A stretch of 64,000 bases of DNA, from NCBI GenBank assembly GCA_964597015.1, contig CAZQWO010000001.1, positions 1,291 through 65,290 of the forward strand, in the 5' to 3' direction. The DNA is from an uncultured Dehalococcoidaceae bacterium (GTDB lineage: Bacteria > Chloroflexota > Dehalococcoidia > Dehalococcoidales > RBG-16-60-22). Every line of letters begins with the position of its first letter. Position 1 is the stretch's first letter. Both the position numbers and the translations under genes were made by a program. Positions 29,992 to 40,092 of the stretch are shown piece by piece. The notes beneath the pieces were generated by a model. The model made no database searches. It saw nothing but the letters and a program-made list of their open reading frames with translations, and was not told the origin of the DNA.

Positions 29992-31446
29992 ATGTCAGAT
30001 AGAGTAATCACTTTATATATCGACGATACCAGCATCCGGCTTCTGGTAACCGGCGGCAAACGGATCAAGAAATGGGCGGATGTAGCTCTGGAACCGGGCA
30101 TGGTGAAAAATGCCGTGGTGCTGAAGCAGGAAGAGGTTGCCACTAAAATAAAGCAGCTTTTCAAAGTCCGGAAGATAAACGCGAAGAGAGTTACCCTTGG
30201 CATCAGTGGGCTGCACTGCCTCACCCGGCCGATTCTACTGCCTCAGATGCCAAAAGACATGCTGCAGGAAGCAGTAAGGCGGGAGGCAAACCGGGTACTG
30301 CCGGTTTCTTCCGAGCAGCTTTATCTCCAGTGGCAGTCCATCCCCGCACCGGAGGGAAAACTGCAGGTCTTCCTGGTAGCGATTCCCCGTACTGCCACCG
30401 ATGCCCTGTTCAGTACGCTGCGGCTGGCTGGCCTCAAGCCAGACCTGATGGACCTGAAACCGATGCTCCTGGCCAGAATGGTAAAGGATACCATGGCGGT
30501 TATCGTGGATGTTCAGCCAAACGAATTTGATATCGTTGTCATGGCGGGCGGAATTCCCCAGCCCATCCGCTCCGTCCATTTCCCCGATGAAGCACCATCT
30601 TGGGCGGAAAAGATGACAATGATTAAAGACGATGTCAGCCGGACCATTGAATTCTACAACACCAACAATCCGGAAATGCCACTGGCGACAACGCTGCCTA
30701 TCTGGGTTTCCGGGGAACTGGCCAATGAAGCCGAACAGTGCCAGGTACTCTCCGATGGACTTAAGCGGCCGGTCCTGCCTCTGGCGCCACCGTTTGAGAG
30801 CCCCGATGGACTTGACCCGAATCGTTACACGGCGAATATGGGCCTGGTTCTCAAGAAAACCGCCCCAACAAACGGCACGGGACTTCTGGTAAACGAGCTC
30901 AATGTACTGCCCGCTGCCTACCAGCCCGAGCCCATTTCTCTCACCAGAATCCTGATGGTGCCCGGTGTGGTCGTCGCCATCAGCCTGCTCCTGTTCCTGG
31001 CGCTTATGATTCAAAACACTACCGCTGACACCGCCGAAATGCGGGACCAGTTAAATACTACCAATCAGCTCCTGCAGCAGAAAATGGCCCAGAAGCAAGA
31101 ATATGCCGATGCTATCGCTGAGCTGCAGAAGAAAAATAAAAATGCTGAGACCTCTGGCGGTAATTTTGCCCTCGCCGTGTCTAACCTGAAAACACAGAGC
31201 AAAGCAGTGAACGGCAACCTGGAAATAACCGTTAACAGCCTGCCGGAGACGGTGAGCCTGAGTGGTATCAGCCAAGCTCAGAATTCAATGACCATCAGGG
31301 GACAGGCCCAGAGCGAGGAGCATATCCTGTCATACCTGAGAGGGCTTGAAGCCAGTGAGCGCTTCTCCAGCATTACCATTACCAGTCTCACCAGAACATC
31401 TGGCGGGAATATCGGTTTCAATGCCATTCTTAAGGCGGGAGAATAA
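29992..31446 (+). CDS. PilM-PilN fusion protein, copy 1
   Basis: Actin-like PilM N-terminal ~310 aa, a TM helix (MVPGVVVAISLLLFLALMI), then a coiled-coil/PilN-like C-terminus. Confidence 0.75.
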   Translation: MSDRVITLYIDDTSIRLLVTGGKRIKKWADVALEPGMVKNAVVLKQEEVATKIKQLFKVRKINAKRVTLGISGLHCLTRPILLPQMPKDMLQEAVRREANRVLPVSSEQLYLQWQSIPAPEGKLQVFLVAIPRTATDALFSTLRLAGLKPDLMDLKPMLLARMVKDTMAVIVDVQPNEFDIVVMAGGIPQPIRSVHFPDEAPSWAEKMTMIKDDVSRTIEFYNTNNPEMPLATTLPIWVSGELANEAEQCQVLSDGLKRPVLPLAPPFESPDGLDPNRYTANMGLVLKKTAPTNGTGLLVNELNVLPAAYQPEPISLTRILMVPGVVVAISLLLFLALMIQNTTADTAEMRDQLNTTNQLLQQKMAQKQEYADAIAELQKKNKNAETSGGNFALAVSNLKTQSKAVNGNLEITVNSLPETVSLSGISQAQNSMTIRGQAQSEEHILSYLRGLEASERFSSITITSLTRTSGGNIGFNAILKAGE

Positions 31447-31449
31447 GCT

Positions 31450-32520
31450 ATGGATATTTTTAATCTGGTTCGATCGGCCGCGGAAAAGGGTGCTTCAGAC
31501 CTGCATCTGGTGGCAGATAATGCTCCCATTTTCCGCATCAACGGCCTGCTTCAGCCTGAAGCCGACCTTCCACTCCTGACACCGGATGACATCACTCAGG
31601 CCTTCCAGCAAGTTACCTCGGAAAAAGAAAGGGCTGATTTTCATCGCCGGATGGAGCTTGACTTTGGCCATACACTACCTGATGTTGGCCGAATGCGCTG
31701 CAACGCTGGCAGACAGCGCGGCACCCTTACCCTTACCATCAGGCTCATCCCCCTGGTCATTCCCACTCTGGAAGAACTTGGTTTGCCGGCGATATGCCGG
31801 GACCTCATCATGAAGCCCAGGGGACTGGTGGTGGTCAGCGGACCCAGCGGCAGCGGCAAATCCACCACGCTGGCGGCCATGATTAATTATCTGAACTCCA
31901 CGGAAAACAGGCGCGTGATTACCCTTGAAGACCCGATTGAATATATTTATGCCAACAACCGGTGTACCATCACACAGCGTGAACTGGGCAGTGACACCCT
32001 GTCGTTCGCTGATGCTCTGAAGCATATACTGCGTCAGGACCCGGATATCATTCTGGTGGGCGAGATGAGAGACCCGGAAACAGCCGCGGCCGTGCTTACT
32101 GTGGCCGAGACCGGCCACCTGGTCCTGACCACCGGGCATGCTACCAGCGCCGCGCAGGCGGTGGAAAGAATCATTGACCTTTTCCCCACCCATGAACGGG
32201 ACCTTGCCCAGACCCGGCTGGCTTCCCTGCTCATCGGCATTCTATGCCAGACACTGGTCCCCAAATTGGATGGCGCCGGGAGGGCGGCCGCGATTGAGGT
32301 CATGCTGGCCCTGCCGGCCGTGAAAAACATCATCCGCGAGGGCAGAATTCACCAGCTGCCCAACACCATCGCGACACAGACCCAATCGGGGATGATGCTG
32401 CTGGACCATGCCCTGTTAAACCTTTACCGCAGTGGCATCATCAGCGGCGATAGCCTGTTTTCGGTATGTAACGACCGTGAAGAGGTGGCCAAGCTCATGG
32501 GCAAAGTCGGGGTGGAGTAA
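31450..32520 (+). CDS. pilT: twitching-motility retraction ATPase
   Basis: ASDLHL..PIFRINGLL. Walker A GPSGSGKST. ILVGEMRD. 356 aa, PilT-sized. Confidence 0.9.
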   Translation: MDIFNLVRSAAEKGASDLHLVADNAPIFRINGLLQPEADLPLLTPDDITQAFQQVTSEKERADFHRRMELDFGHTLPDVGRMRCNAGRQRGTLTLTIRLIPLVIPTLEELGLPAICRDLIMKPRGLVVVSGPSGSGKSTTLAAMINYLNSTENRRVITLEDPIEYIYANNRCTITQRELGSDTLSFADALKHILRQDPDIILVGEMRDPETAAAVLTVAETGHLVLTTGHATSAAQAVERIIDLFPTHERDLAQTRLASLLIGILCQTLVPKLDGAGRAAAIEVMLALPAVKNIIREGRIHQLPNTIATQTQSGMMLLDHALLNLYRSGIISGDSLFSVCNDREEVAKLMGKVGVE

Positions 32521-32565
32521 AGTCAACCAAAGGCCTCGCCTCCCCCGGCCACTTCCTCATCACCC

Positions 32566-32601
32566 AGTCCCCTCCTGCTCTCCCGGGAGGGGACTTTTTT
32601 A
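32566..32601 (+). terminator. rho-independent terminator after pilT
   Basis: AGTCCCCTCC-(10-nt loop)-GGAGGGGACT, a perfect 10-bp stem, followed by TTTTTT. Confidence 0.7.
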
Positions 32602-32644
32602 TAAATCTTGACTAATTGAGGAAAAACGCTCAAAATACGGCGAA

Positions 32645-33457
32645 ATGGATGTAATTCTGGCTATTGTCTTGGCCATGTTCGGTGCTGCCGTAGGCAGCTT
32701 CCTGAATGTGTGCATTGACCGCCTGCCCGTGGGCAAGTCAATACTTCGCCCGCCCTCGCACTGTGACTCCTGCCAGCACCCGCTTTCCCCCGCCGACCTG
32801 GTTCCTCTATTCAGCTACCTGTGCCTGCGCCGTCGCTGCCATTACTGCAATGCGCCCATTCCCTGGCGGCCCTTCTGGGTGGAACTGGGCACGGCGCTGC
32901 TCTTCGCCCTGAGCTACTGGTTCTTTGGGCTGAGCGTTCAATTTGCGGTCATTGCTTTTTACGGCAGCTTATTTCTGGTCATCGGCATCATTGACCTGGA
33001 ACACCAGCTGATACTCAACAAAATCTCCTACCCCGCGATGGCGCTGGCGCTGGTTATTTCTATATTCCAGCCTCCACCGGGATTTGCAGATACCTTTTCT
33101 TTACCATGGCCTTTATATGGAATCATTAACGGCATCACGGGTGCTGCTATAGGATTGGTGTATATTCTGATTGTCTATTATATATACCTTTGGCTTCGTA
33201 AACGTGAGGGGTTTGGAATTGGAGATTTTAAACTGGTAATACTGATGGGCCTGGTAACGGGTTCAGGAATGATAATAGTAGCCATAACCCTGGGTGCGCT
33301 CATTGGTAGTGCCGCTGGCATTATTCTGCTTCTGATGAAGAAAAAGAAGTGGCTGGGCTGTCTTCCCTTCGGCACTTTTCTGGCCATCGCCACCATGCTC
33401 ACCCTCATCTGGGGAAATGACATCCTCGGCTGGTATCTGGGACTGCTGCATTTATAG
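32645..33457 (+). CDS. pilD: prepilin peptidase (A24 family)
   Basis: N-terminal GSFLNVCIDRLP, Zn-type cysteines CDSC..CHYC, polytopic membrane body. Confidence 0.88.
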   Translation: MDVILAIVLAMFGAAVGSFLNVCIDRLPVGKSILRPPSHCDSCQHPLSPADLVPLFSYLCLRRRCHYCNAPIPWRPFWVELGTALLFALSYWFFGLSVQFAVIAFYGSLFLVIGIIDLEHQLILNKISYPAMALALVISIFQPPPGFADTFSLPWPLYGIINGITGAAIGLVYILIVYYIYLWLRKREGFGIGDFKLVILMGLVTGSGMIIVAITLGALIGSAAGIILLLMKKKKWLGCLPFGTFLAIATMLTLIWGNDILGWYLGLLHL

Positions 33458-33569
33458 ATTCTCACCGACGCCGTGTCCTGACCAGCCAGATAAAGAGCCA
33501 AATGAGTCATTTTTAGTCTGCGGTAACAGGCCACAGTGGTTTCTTTCAGCTAAATTTCTTTCCATAATG

Positions 33570-33598
33570 TTGACAAATAGCCGAATGATTAGTACAAT
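33570..33598 (+). promoter_or_regulatory. near-consensus sigma-70 promoter
   Basis: TTGACA, 17-nt spacer, TACAAT, about 30 nt upstream of the wHTH gene. Confidence 0.55.
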
Positions 33599-33626
33599 AG
33601 TCCTGCCAATAAAGTAATGGAGGCCA

Positions 33627-33911
33627 GTGGTGAGGGTAAATCGGCGGCGTTCTGACATCGAGATTATTGCCGATATGTTAAAAGTGGGCGAGAATGGCGC
33701 GGGCAAGACCGAAATCATGTACAGCGCCAATATGAGCTATCGCCAGATACAGAAGTATCTCGGCTTCCTAGTGGGTCACGGCTTTATTGACAAGATGAAG
33801 ATGGGCAATCCCTCTGTGACCTACCAGATAACAGACAACGGCCTGAAACTCCTTCATCTGATAAACAATATCAAAGAAATGCTTGAGCCGGATGAGGATT
33901 ACAGTTTTTAG
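33627..33911 (+). CDS. small winged-helix DNA-binding protein
   Basis: 94 aa. RRSDIEIIADMLKVGENGAGKTEIMYSANMSYRQIQKYLGFLVGHGFI resembles archaeal-type wHTH. GTG start (33627 or 33630). Confidence 0.6.
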   Translation: MVRVNRRRSDIEIIADMLKVGENGAGKTEIMYSANMSYRQIQKYLGFLVGHGFIDKMKMGNPSVTYQITDNGLKLLHLINNIKEMLEPDEDYSF

Positions 33912-33935
33912 TCCTGGCATCGCATCGGCGATAAT

Positions 33936-33970
33936 GACCTGAGGACAGCCGGGTCTTCGGGTCGTTTTTT
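33936..33970 (+). terminator. rho-independent terminator
   Basis: GACCTGAGG-(10-nt loop)-CTTCGGGTC, a 9-bp stem including 2 G-U pairs, followed by GTTTTTT. Confidence 0.5.
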
Positions 33971-33988
33971 AAATACAGAATTAAGGAG

Positions 33989-34321
33989 ATGAGCGTGGCA
34001 GATAAAAGAATGTTAATCGTTGATGCCGACATCGCCAGAAAGATTGACGATAACCGCGGTGATATGAGCTACTCGGAGTTTCTGGACTTCCTGATTGACA
34101 GCCAGTTGAAAGCGCCGACCGGTAGCAACAATAATTACGTTGATAAAGATGAATTCAACCATTTCGCCGCGGGCATGAAAGAGCTGCTGCGCAATTTCCT
34201 GGAGTTTTTCCTCAGTTACGGGCTGGAACTGGGTAAACAGCCCCAGGACAAGACCTTTCAGGAGTTGAGCCACAAGCTACAGGAACTGGGCAGTTCCGGC
34301 AACAAAGGTAAAAACCTCTAA
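33989..34321 (+). CDS. hypothetical protein, possible ribbon-helix-helix N-terminus
   Basis: KRMLIVDADIARKIDDNRGDMSYSEFLDFLI fits a strand-helix-helix pattern. Start is ambiguous (ATG 33989 or GTG 33995). Confidence 0.45.
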   Translation: MSVADKRMLIVDADIARKIDDNRGDMSYSEFLDFLIDSQLKAPTGSNNNYVDKDEFNHFAAGMKELLRNFLEFFLSYGLELGKQPQDKTFQELSHKLQELGSSGNKGKNL

Positions 34322-34470
34322 CCCTCCCTCCCCCATTCCTTCGCGACCGTGCTTCCCTGACCAGACTAACCCACAGCTAAATAGAACTATGTTCTAGAAC
34401 ACAATCACTTCCCCACCCTATTTTTACGTGTCATAGTCAACTGATAGTGACGTTGGCTCGGGGGTGATTC

Positions 34471-36138
34471 GTGTTAAAAGCGGTCGAGCTTCTACAGCAG
34501 GGCAGGTCAGAAGAGCTATGGCAGATGTGCTGTGGCTACCTCAAGCTCTCTCTGGAGCAGTTTATGGATATACAGAAGAGGCTGCTCCTGGAACAGATAA
34601 GGTTGCTCAACGGGTGCACGCTGGGCAGAAAGCTCATGCGCGGCGCCAGACCGGAAACGGTAGAAGAATTCCGCGAGCAGGTGCCTCTGACGACCTACGC
34701 TGACTACTGCCCCGAGCTCAGCAAGAAAAGAGAGGCCCCGCTACCTGCCGACCCCGCCTTCTGGGTGCATACTTCAGGGCGTTCCGGCGATTATCCGAGC
34801 AAGTGGGTACCAATCACGCGGTCATTTGCTGAGGAACTGAGCTCCATAATGTACGGCGTGGGTATGCTTTCCAGCTGCAAGGAGTGGGGAGACACTTCCC
34901 AGATTAACGACCACCCCAAGTTCGTATACACGGTAGCGCCCCGACCTTACATGTCCGGTACCATGGCCGAAATGCTCGGCATGCAGACGCCGACGCATTA
35001 CATGCCCCCGCTGGAAGAAGCCGAGGAGCTCTCCTTCGAAGACAGGATAAAGCTGGGCTTCAAGCAGGCCCTGTCCCAGGGGCTTGATTACTTCTTCGGG
35101 CTGTCCATGGTCCTGGTGGTGGTGGGGAACAAGTTCAGCGATCCGTCCAATAAGGTTGACATTCGTCCCCTGCTCACCCAGCCCAGAGCCCTGTTTCGTC
35201 TGGCCAGGGGAATGGCCAGGAGCAAGCTGGCACAGCGCCAGATGCTGCCCAGGGACATCTGGCCGGTGAAGGGCATTATAAGCAGCGGCCTTGACAGTGG
35301 TGTCTACCGTGACAAGATAAAGGCGCTCTGGGGAAAATATCCGCTGGATATCTACTCCGGTACCGAGGGCGGCATCATCGCCACGCAGACCTGGGACTAC
35401 GAGAGCATGACCTTCGTTCCCAGCCTGAACTTCCTTGAGTTCATTCCGGAAAAGGAACACTTCAAGTGGCGTCTTGACCCTGAATATCAGCCCAAGACGG
35501 TGCTTCTTGACGAAGTGGAGGCTGGTGAAAATTACGAGATTGTCATCTCCAACTTCCATGGCGGGGTGATGACCAGGTACCGTCCCGGAGACATGATTCG
35601 CATCACCTCGCTACGCAATGAGCAGCTGGGCATCGAAATCCCGCAGATGACATTTGAGCGGCGCGCCGATGACCTGCTTGATTTCGTCTTTATCCGGCTC
35701 ACCGAAAAGACAATCTGGCAGGCAATTGAAAATACCGGCACCGCCTACGAAGACTGGACCGCCTTCAAGAAGGAGGGACAGCCAGTGCTCAGTTTGCACC
35801 TTGAGCTGAAAAACGGCTACCAGGGCAGCGAGGCGGAAGTCGCCACCGCCATACGGGAACAGATTATAAGGTCGGACAGCCAGAGCAAAGACACGGAAGC
35901 GCTGTACCGCAATGACTTTGCCGCCATGATAGACTTCAAGGTTGAGGTGAATGTGCTGTCGCCCGGGGCTTTCGCCCACTTCACGGAGCAACGACGGGCG
36001 GAGGGGGCCGACCTGGCACACCTCAAGCCGCCGCACATAAACCCATCTCAACGAGTGCTGGAGCTTCTGACGCAGAAACCAACGGAGGCGGTCAGGGTCA
36101 GCTCCGGGACCATGGTTGAGACAGCCGCGGTCAGGTAG
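34471..36138 (+). CDS. GH3-family acyl-acid amido synthetase-like (adenylate-forming) protein
   Basis: FREQVPLTTYADYCPEL and HTSGRSGDYPSKWVPIT match bacterial GH3 N-terminal and adenylation motifs. 555 aa. Confidence 0.75.
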   Translation: MLKAVELLQQGRSEELWQMCCGYLKLSLEQFMDIQKRLLLEQIRLLNGCTLGRKLMRGARPETVEEFREQVPLTTYADYCPELSKKREAPLPADPAFWVHTSGRSGDYPSKWVPITRSFAEELSSIMYGVGMLSSCKEWGDTSQINDHPKFVYTVAPRPYMSGTMAEMLGMQTPTHYMPPLEEAEELSFEDRIKLGFKQALSQGLDYFFGLSMVLVVVGNKFSDPSNKVDIRPLLTQPRALFRLARGMARSKLAQRQMLPRDIWPVKGIISSGLDSGVYRDKIKALWGKYPLDIYSGTEGGIIATQTWDYESMTFVPSLNFLEFIPEKEHFKWRLDPEYQPKTVLLDEVEAGENYEIVISNFHGGVMTRYRPGDMIRITSLRNEQLGIEIPQMTFERRADDLLDFVFIRLTEKTIWQAIENTGTAYEDWTAFKKEGQPVLSLHLELKNGYQGSEAEVATAIREQIIRSDSQSKDTEALYRNDFAAMIDFKVEVNVLSPGAFAHFTEQRRAEGADLAHLKPPHINPSQRVLELLTQKPTEAVRVSSGTMVETAAVR

Positions 36139-36219
36139 TACTTTAGTCCACAGCACTTTGGTCAAACGACTTTAGTTTTGCTTGACAGTCTCCATGAATG
36201 AGGTAATAATTACCTCGTA

Positions 36220-39200
36220 ATGAATGTTTACACCCTGTTCCCGTTAATCGCTGTAATTGCGTATATACCGCTGCTGATTACCACGTTGAGCAGCCGCCCC
36301 TGGCAGACGCGTCACAAGCTTTTCATCGTATTTCTGCTTGTCGCCATGAGCTGGAGCCTCACCTCTGTTTTCCTGCGCAGCAATTTTTTCCCGCAACATA
36401 ATTTCTTTCTACTTCAGCTTATTCTGGTTACCTATGCCTTTACGGCGATACAATTCTATGTCTTTCTCTCTTCTTTCTTTGTCCCAGGTGAAAAGCGCTG
36501 GCTTCCCCTCGCTTACGCAACTCTGGCCCTGGTCATCATTTTAATTGCGCTGGGTGTTATGCCGGAAGGGATTCACGCTGAGGGAGACAGACTCTATCTT
36601 GATTACGGAAAAGGTATTATCTTTCTGATTGCGCCCCTGATGGTCCTGGGGGGCAGAGCCGGGTTCCTCTTCTGGAGAAGGCTGAAGATTCTGGATAATC
36701 CCATGCTTCACAGTCAGATACTCTCCCTGCTTCTGGGCCTCTCTATGTTTGTTTTCTTCACTTTTGCGTCCCTTCTCCCATGGGGAAGAGAATATGCCGT
36801 GTCTCACCTTGGCAACGCAATTATGGCCGTCATCTTCAGCTACGCGGTTATCAGACATCAACTGGTCGACATCAGGATAGTTTTACGGCGTGGTTTGGGC
36901 TGGGTAAGCCTGGGGTTTATCGGCATTCTCTGTTATGGATTATTACTGGTTATCCTCAATGCAACCCTCGGCCTTAAGTTAGATGTGGTCACCGCTTCCT
37001 CGGCCACAGCCATTGCGATTGTCGTCGCCATAATCATATTCAAACTGCGTAACCTCCTCTTTGCTACTCTGGGGAAAGCCCTGCAGGGACAGAGCTATGA
37101 CTACCGCCAGAAGTTATCTGAATTCGCCCGCAGGATACACAATGTCTTCAGCTTGAAAGAACAGGGCGGCGAACTTCTCTCGCTGGTCACCAAGGCCGTT
37201 GGCTGCCGGCGGGCCCGCCTCCTCTTCGTGGAAGTGGGCGGGCAGGATTTTACCACCCAGTTTGTTGAGCCCAGGGTAAAAGACGACTCCCTGTATCAGT
37301 TCAGCCTGAGCAGTAAAAGTCCGATAGCCGATTACCTGCTACGGGAACGCAAGCTGCTGACCAAGGAGCGTCTGTCCATTCTGCCCGAATTGCGGGGGCT
37401 ATGGGAGGAGGAGAAAAGCGAAATAGATGCGCATGAGATAGAGCTCTTCATGCCGTTAATAAGTCGGGAACGACTCATCGGCATTCTGGTGCTGGACAAA
37501 AAAGCGTCCGGCCGGTACTCTCTGGAAGACCTCCGCCTGCTTGAGGAGGTTACCAACCAGGTAGCGGTCAGCATGGAAAAGGAATACCTCCGCGAGCGTC
37601 TCCGAGAACGTGAAGAGGAGCTATCGGTGATAAACCGCTGCAGCGCCATTATCACGTCAAGCATGAATATTCAGGAAATCTATGACAGCTTCATTGGTGA
37701 GTTGAAGAAAGTGGTGGACATTAGCTGGTCATCCATCGTCCTCATCGAGAACAGCCATCTCAGCCTCCTGACTCTTTATTCCGATATAGGCTCGGCCTGG
37801 AAGCTCGGTGAGCAAATTCCCATCAGAGGCACGGGAACGGAATGGGTAGCCATTAATAAAAAGGCTTTACTGGAATCCGACCTGAAACAGGGCGGGCAGT
37901 TTGTCACCGCAAAGTATCACTACAAGCAAGGGATACGCACCATCGCCTACCTCCCGCTCATCGCGAAAGGATTGGTCATCGGCAGTTTCATTGTCGCCAC
38001 CGTCAATCCGAATGCGTACTCTCAGAGACATCTAACGCTTCTCGAGCAACTGGCTGCCCAGATTGCCATGTCAATAGAGAACTCCCGCCTGTATACTGAA
38101 GCCGAAGAGAAGGCACGGATTGATGAGCTTACTGACCTGCTGAATCGCCGCTCCCTGAATGAACTGATGACTACGGAAATTAACCGGCACTCACGCTATG
38201 GCGGCGTCTTCTCGCTGATTATACTTGACCTGGACAATTTCAAAGCCTTTAATGATAACTACGGGCACGTGGCCGGCGACAAGCTGCTCAAGGAAATTGG
38301 CGGTGTCCTTAAGAGCACCATACGGAGCACTGACCAGGCTTTCCGTCACGGCGGCGATGAGTTTGCCATTCTATTGCCGAATACACCTATTGACGCCGCC
38401 TCTCAGGTGGCGGACCGTGCCCGCCGTCATGTTGCCGCCAATGTAAAGGCGGGGCATATCACCATAACCGTCAGCCTTGGCCTGGCAAACTGGCCTGCGG
38501 ACGGCACGGCTGCCGATGAAATAGTGGCGGCGGCTGATGGTGCGCTTTACCGCGCCAAGCGTGCAGGCGGCAATCGTTGTTACTGTGCTTCGGGAACTTT
38601 ACTGGAACTGGAAGATAAGCCACTCAGATTAATAGATAGCAAGGACGGCTATATGCTGAGCGCCATCTTTGCCCTGGCGGAAACTGTTGATGCCAAGGAA
38701 CATCATACCGAAAGTCACTGGAAAAAAGTGAGAGAGCAAGCTGTCTACCTGGCCACAGCCATGGAGCTTGATGAAGAGGAAATTCGCCAGCTTGAAACCA
38801 GTGCTTTACTGCATGACATTGGTAAAATCAGCATCAGTGAAAAAATATTGAATAAGCGCGACCCGCTGACGGCTGGAGAATGGGAAGTAATCAAAACACA
38901 TCCTCAGGTCGGGGTTAATATCGCCAGCCGTGCCCCGGAACTGGCCCCATGCCTTCCCGGCATCCTGCATCACCATGAGAGATATGATGGGACCGGATAT
39001 CCAATTGGTCTGAAAGGCGAGGAGATACCTCTGGAGGCCCGCATTCTGGCCATAGCTGATGCTTTTGCTGCCATGACCACGGTACGGAGCTACTCCGAGG
39101 CCCTGTCAACTGAGGAAGCTTTAGAAGAACTGAAACGAGGTGCCGGTACCCAGTTTGACCCGAATCTGGTGGAAATTTTTTATGCCGCTACTCAGAGCAC

Positions 39201-39270
39201 CTCGCAAACACCGAAGGATATGGAAAGCGAGGAGGTAGCCTCACCAGAGGCTGGCTCTGCAGAAAATTAA
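36220..39270 (+). CDS. membrane sensor with GAF domains, GGDEF diguanylate cyclase and HD-GYP phosphodiesterase domains
   Basis: About 7 N-terminal TM helices. Intact GGDEF (RHGGDEF) with an RSTD I-site 5 residues upstream. HD-GYP signature LLHDIGK..HHERYDGTGYP. Confidence 0.85.
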   Translation: MNVYTLFPLIAVIAYIPLLITTLSSRPWQTRHKLFIVFLLVAMSWSLTSVFLRSNFFPQHNFFLLQLILVTYAFTAIQFYVFLSSFFVPGEKRWLPLAYATLALVIILIALGVMPEGIHAEGDRLYLDYGKGIIFLIAPLMVLGGRAGFLFWRRLKILDNPMLHSQILSLLLGLSMFVFFTFASLLPWGREYAVSHLGNAIMAVIFSYAVIRHQLVDIRIVLRRGLGWVSLGFIGILCYGLLLVILNATLGLKLDVVTASSATAIAIVVAIIIFKLRNLLFATLGKALQGQSYDYRQKLSEFARRIHNVFSLKEQGGELLSLVTKAVGCRRARLLFVEVGGQDFTTQFVEPRVKDDSLYQFSLSSKSPIADYLLRERKLLTKERLSILPELRGLWEEEKSEIDAHEIELFMPLISRERLIGILVLDKKASGRYSLEDLRLLEEVTNQVAVSMEKEYLRERLREREEELSVINRCSAIITSSMNIQEIYDSFIGELKKVVDISWSSIVLIENSHLSLLTLYSDIGSAWKLGEQIPIRGTGTEWVAINKKALLESDLKQGGQFVTAKYHYKQGIRTIAYLPLIAKGLVIGSFIVATVNPNAYSQRHLTLLEQLAAQIAMSIENSRLYTEAEEKARIDELTDLLNRRSLNELMTTEINRHSRYGGVFSLIILDLDNFKAFNDNYGHVAGDKLLKEIGGVLKSTIRSTDQAFRHGGDEFAILLPNTPIDAASQVADRARRHVAANVKAGHITITVSLGLANWPADGTAADEIVAAADGALYRAKRAGGNRCYCASGTLLELEDKPLRLIDSKDGYMLSAIFALAETVDAKEHHTESHWKKVREQAVYLATAMELDEEEIRQLETSALLHDIGKISISEKILNKRDPLTAGEWEVIKTHPQVGVNIASRAPELAPCLPGILHHHERYDGTGYPIGLKGEEIPLEARILAIADAFAAMTTVRSYSEALSTEEALEELKRGAGTQFDPNLVEIFYAATQSTSQTPKDMESEEVASPEAGSAEN

Positions 39271-39283
39271 CTGGTAAAATAGG

Positions 39284-39967
39284 GTGCTGACAATGAACAA
39301 AATACAGGTAATTATCGTTAGCCAGCAGGTGCTTTTCCGGCAGGGAATAGAACACTCTCTTTCCAGAACAAAGGATATTCAGATTTCGGCCACGGCTGAT
39401 GTTTCAGATGAGGTGCTGTCGATAATCGATAACCTGCCACCTGATGTCGCCCTGCTGGATATTGACACTCCGTCTGACAACGGGCTGAAGCTGGCGCGCC
39501 GAATAAAACAGCGCCTGCCGACAATCGGCGTGGTGGTGCTTACCTCCGGCCTGGATGACGCCCAGCTGTTCCAGGCACTCAAAGCTCAGGCGGTTGCCTA
39601 TTTAAGCAAGGAGGTCACCGCCAGTGAGCTGGTCAATACCATAAGGCGCGTTTCCCGGGGTGAGCACCCCATAAATGAAAGCCTGACTGCCCGACCCAAG
39701 CTGGCCGAACAGGTGCTAAGGCAGTTTCAGGAACTGTCGCTGCGCAGCGAAGCGGAGCAGTTCATCGCCCCGCTTACTCCGAGAGAGATGGAAATCCTGA
39801 AATACATTGCTCAGGGCTATCTGAACAAGCAGATTGCCGCCGAGCTGGACATCAGCGAACAGACAATTAAAAACCATGTTACCTCCATTTTGCGCAAGCT
39901 GAATGCTAACGCCCGTACGGAAGCGGTCGTCGTCGCCATCAAGCAGGGTTTGATTTCCCTCACCTAA
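39284..39967 (+). CDS. NarL/LuxR-type response regulator with an atypical receiver domain
   Basis: C-terminal LuxR HTH (LTPREMEILKYIAQGYLNKQIA). The receiver keeps Asp (LLDIDTP), Thr (VLTS) and Lys (YLSKE), but the N-terminal acidic pair is VSQQ instead of DD. The start may be ATG 39293. Confidence 0.8.
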   Translation: MLTMNKIQVIIVSQQVLFRQGIEHSLSRTKDIQISATADVSDEVLSIIDNLPPDVALLDIDTPSDNGLKLARRIKQRLPTIGVVVLTSGLDDAQLFQALKAQAVAYLSKEVTASELVNTIRRVSRGEHPINESLTARPKLAEQVLRQFQELSLRSEAEQFIAPLTPREMEILKYIAQGYLNKQIAAELDISEQTIKNHVTSILRKLNANARTEAVVVAIKQGLISLT

Positions 39968-40030
39968 TGAGCAGCTTCTACCGCAAAGGTATCTGTCATC
40001 TTCCTGTAACTTAATTCTTTATGTCTAGTC

Positions 40031-40059
40031 TTGACATCGGGCGCGCCGCGAATTACCAT
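40031..40059 (+). promoter_or_regulatory. putative promoter of the kinase-regulator pair
   Basis: TTGACA, 17-nt spacer, TACCAT. Confidence 0.35.
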
Positions 40060-40092
40060 TGAAACGGATAAAGGTGCAGCAAAAGGTGTAAA

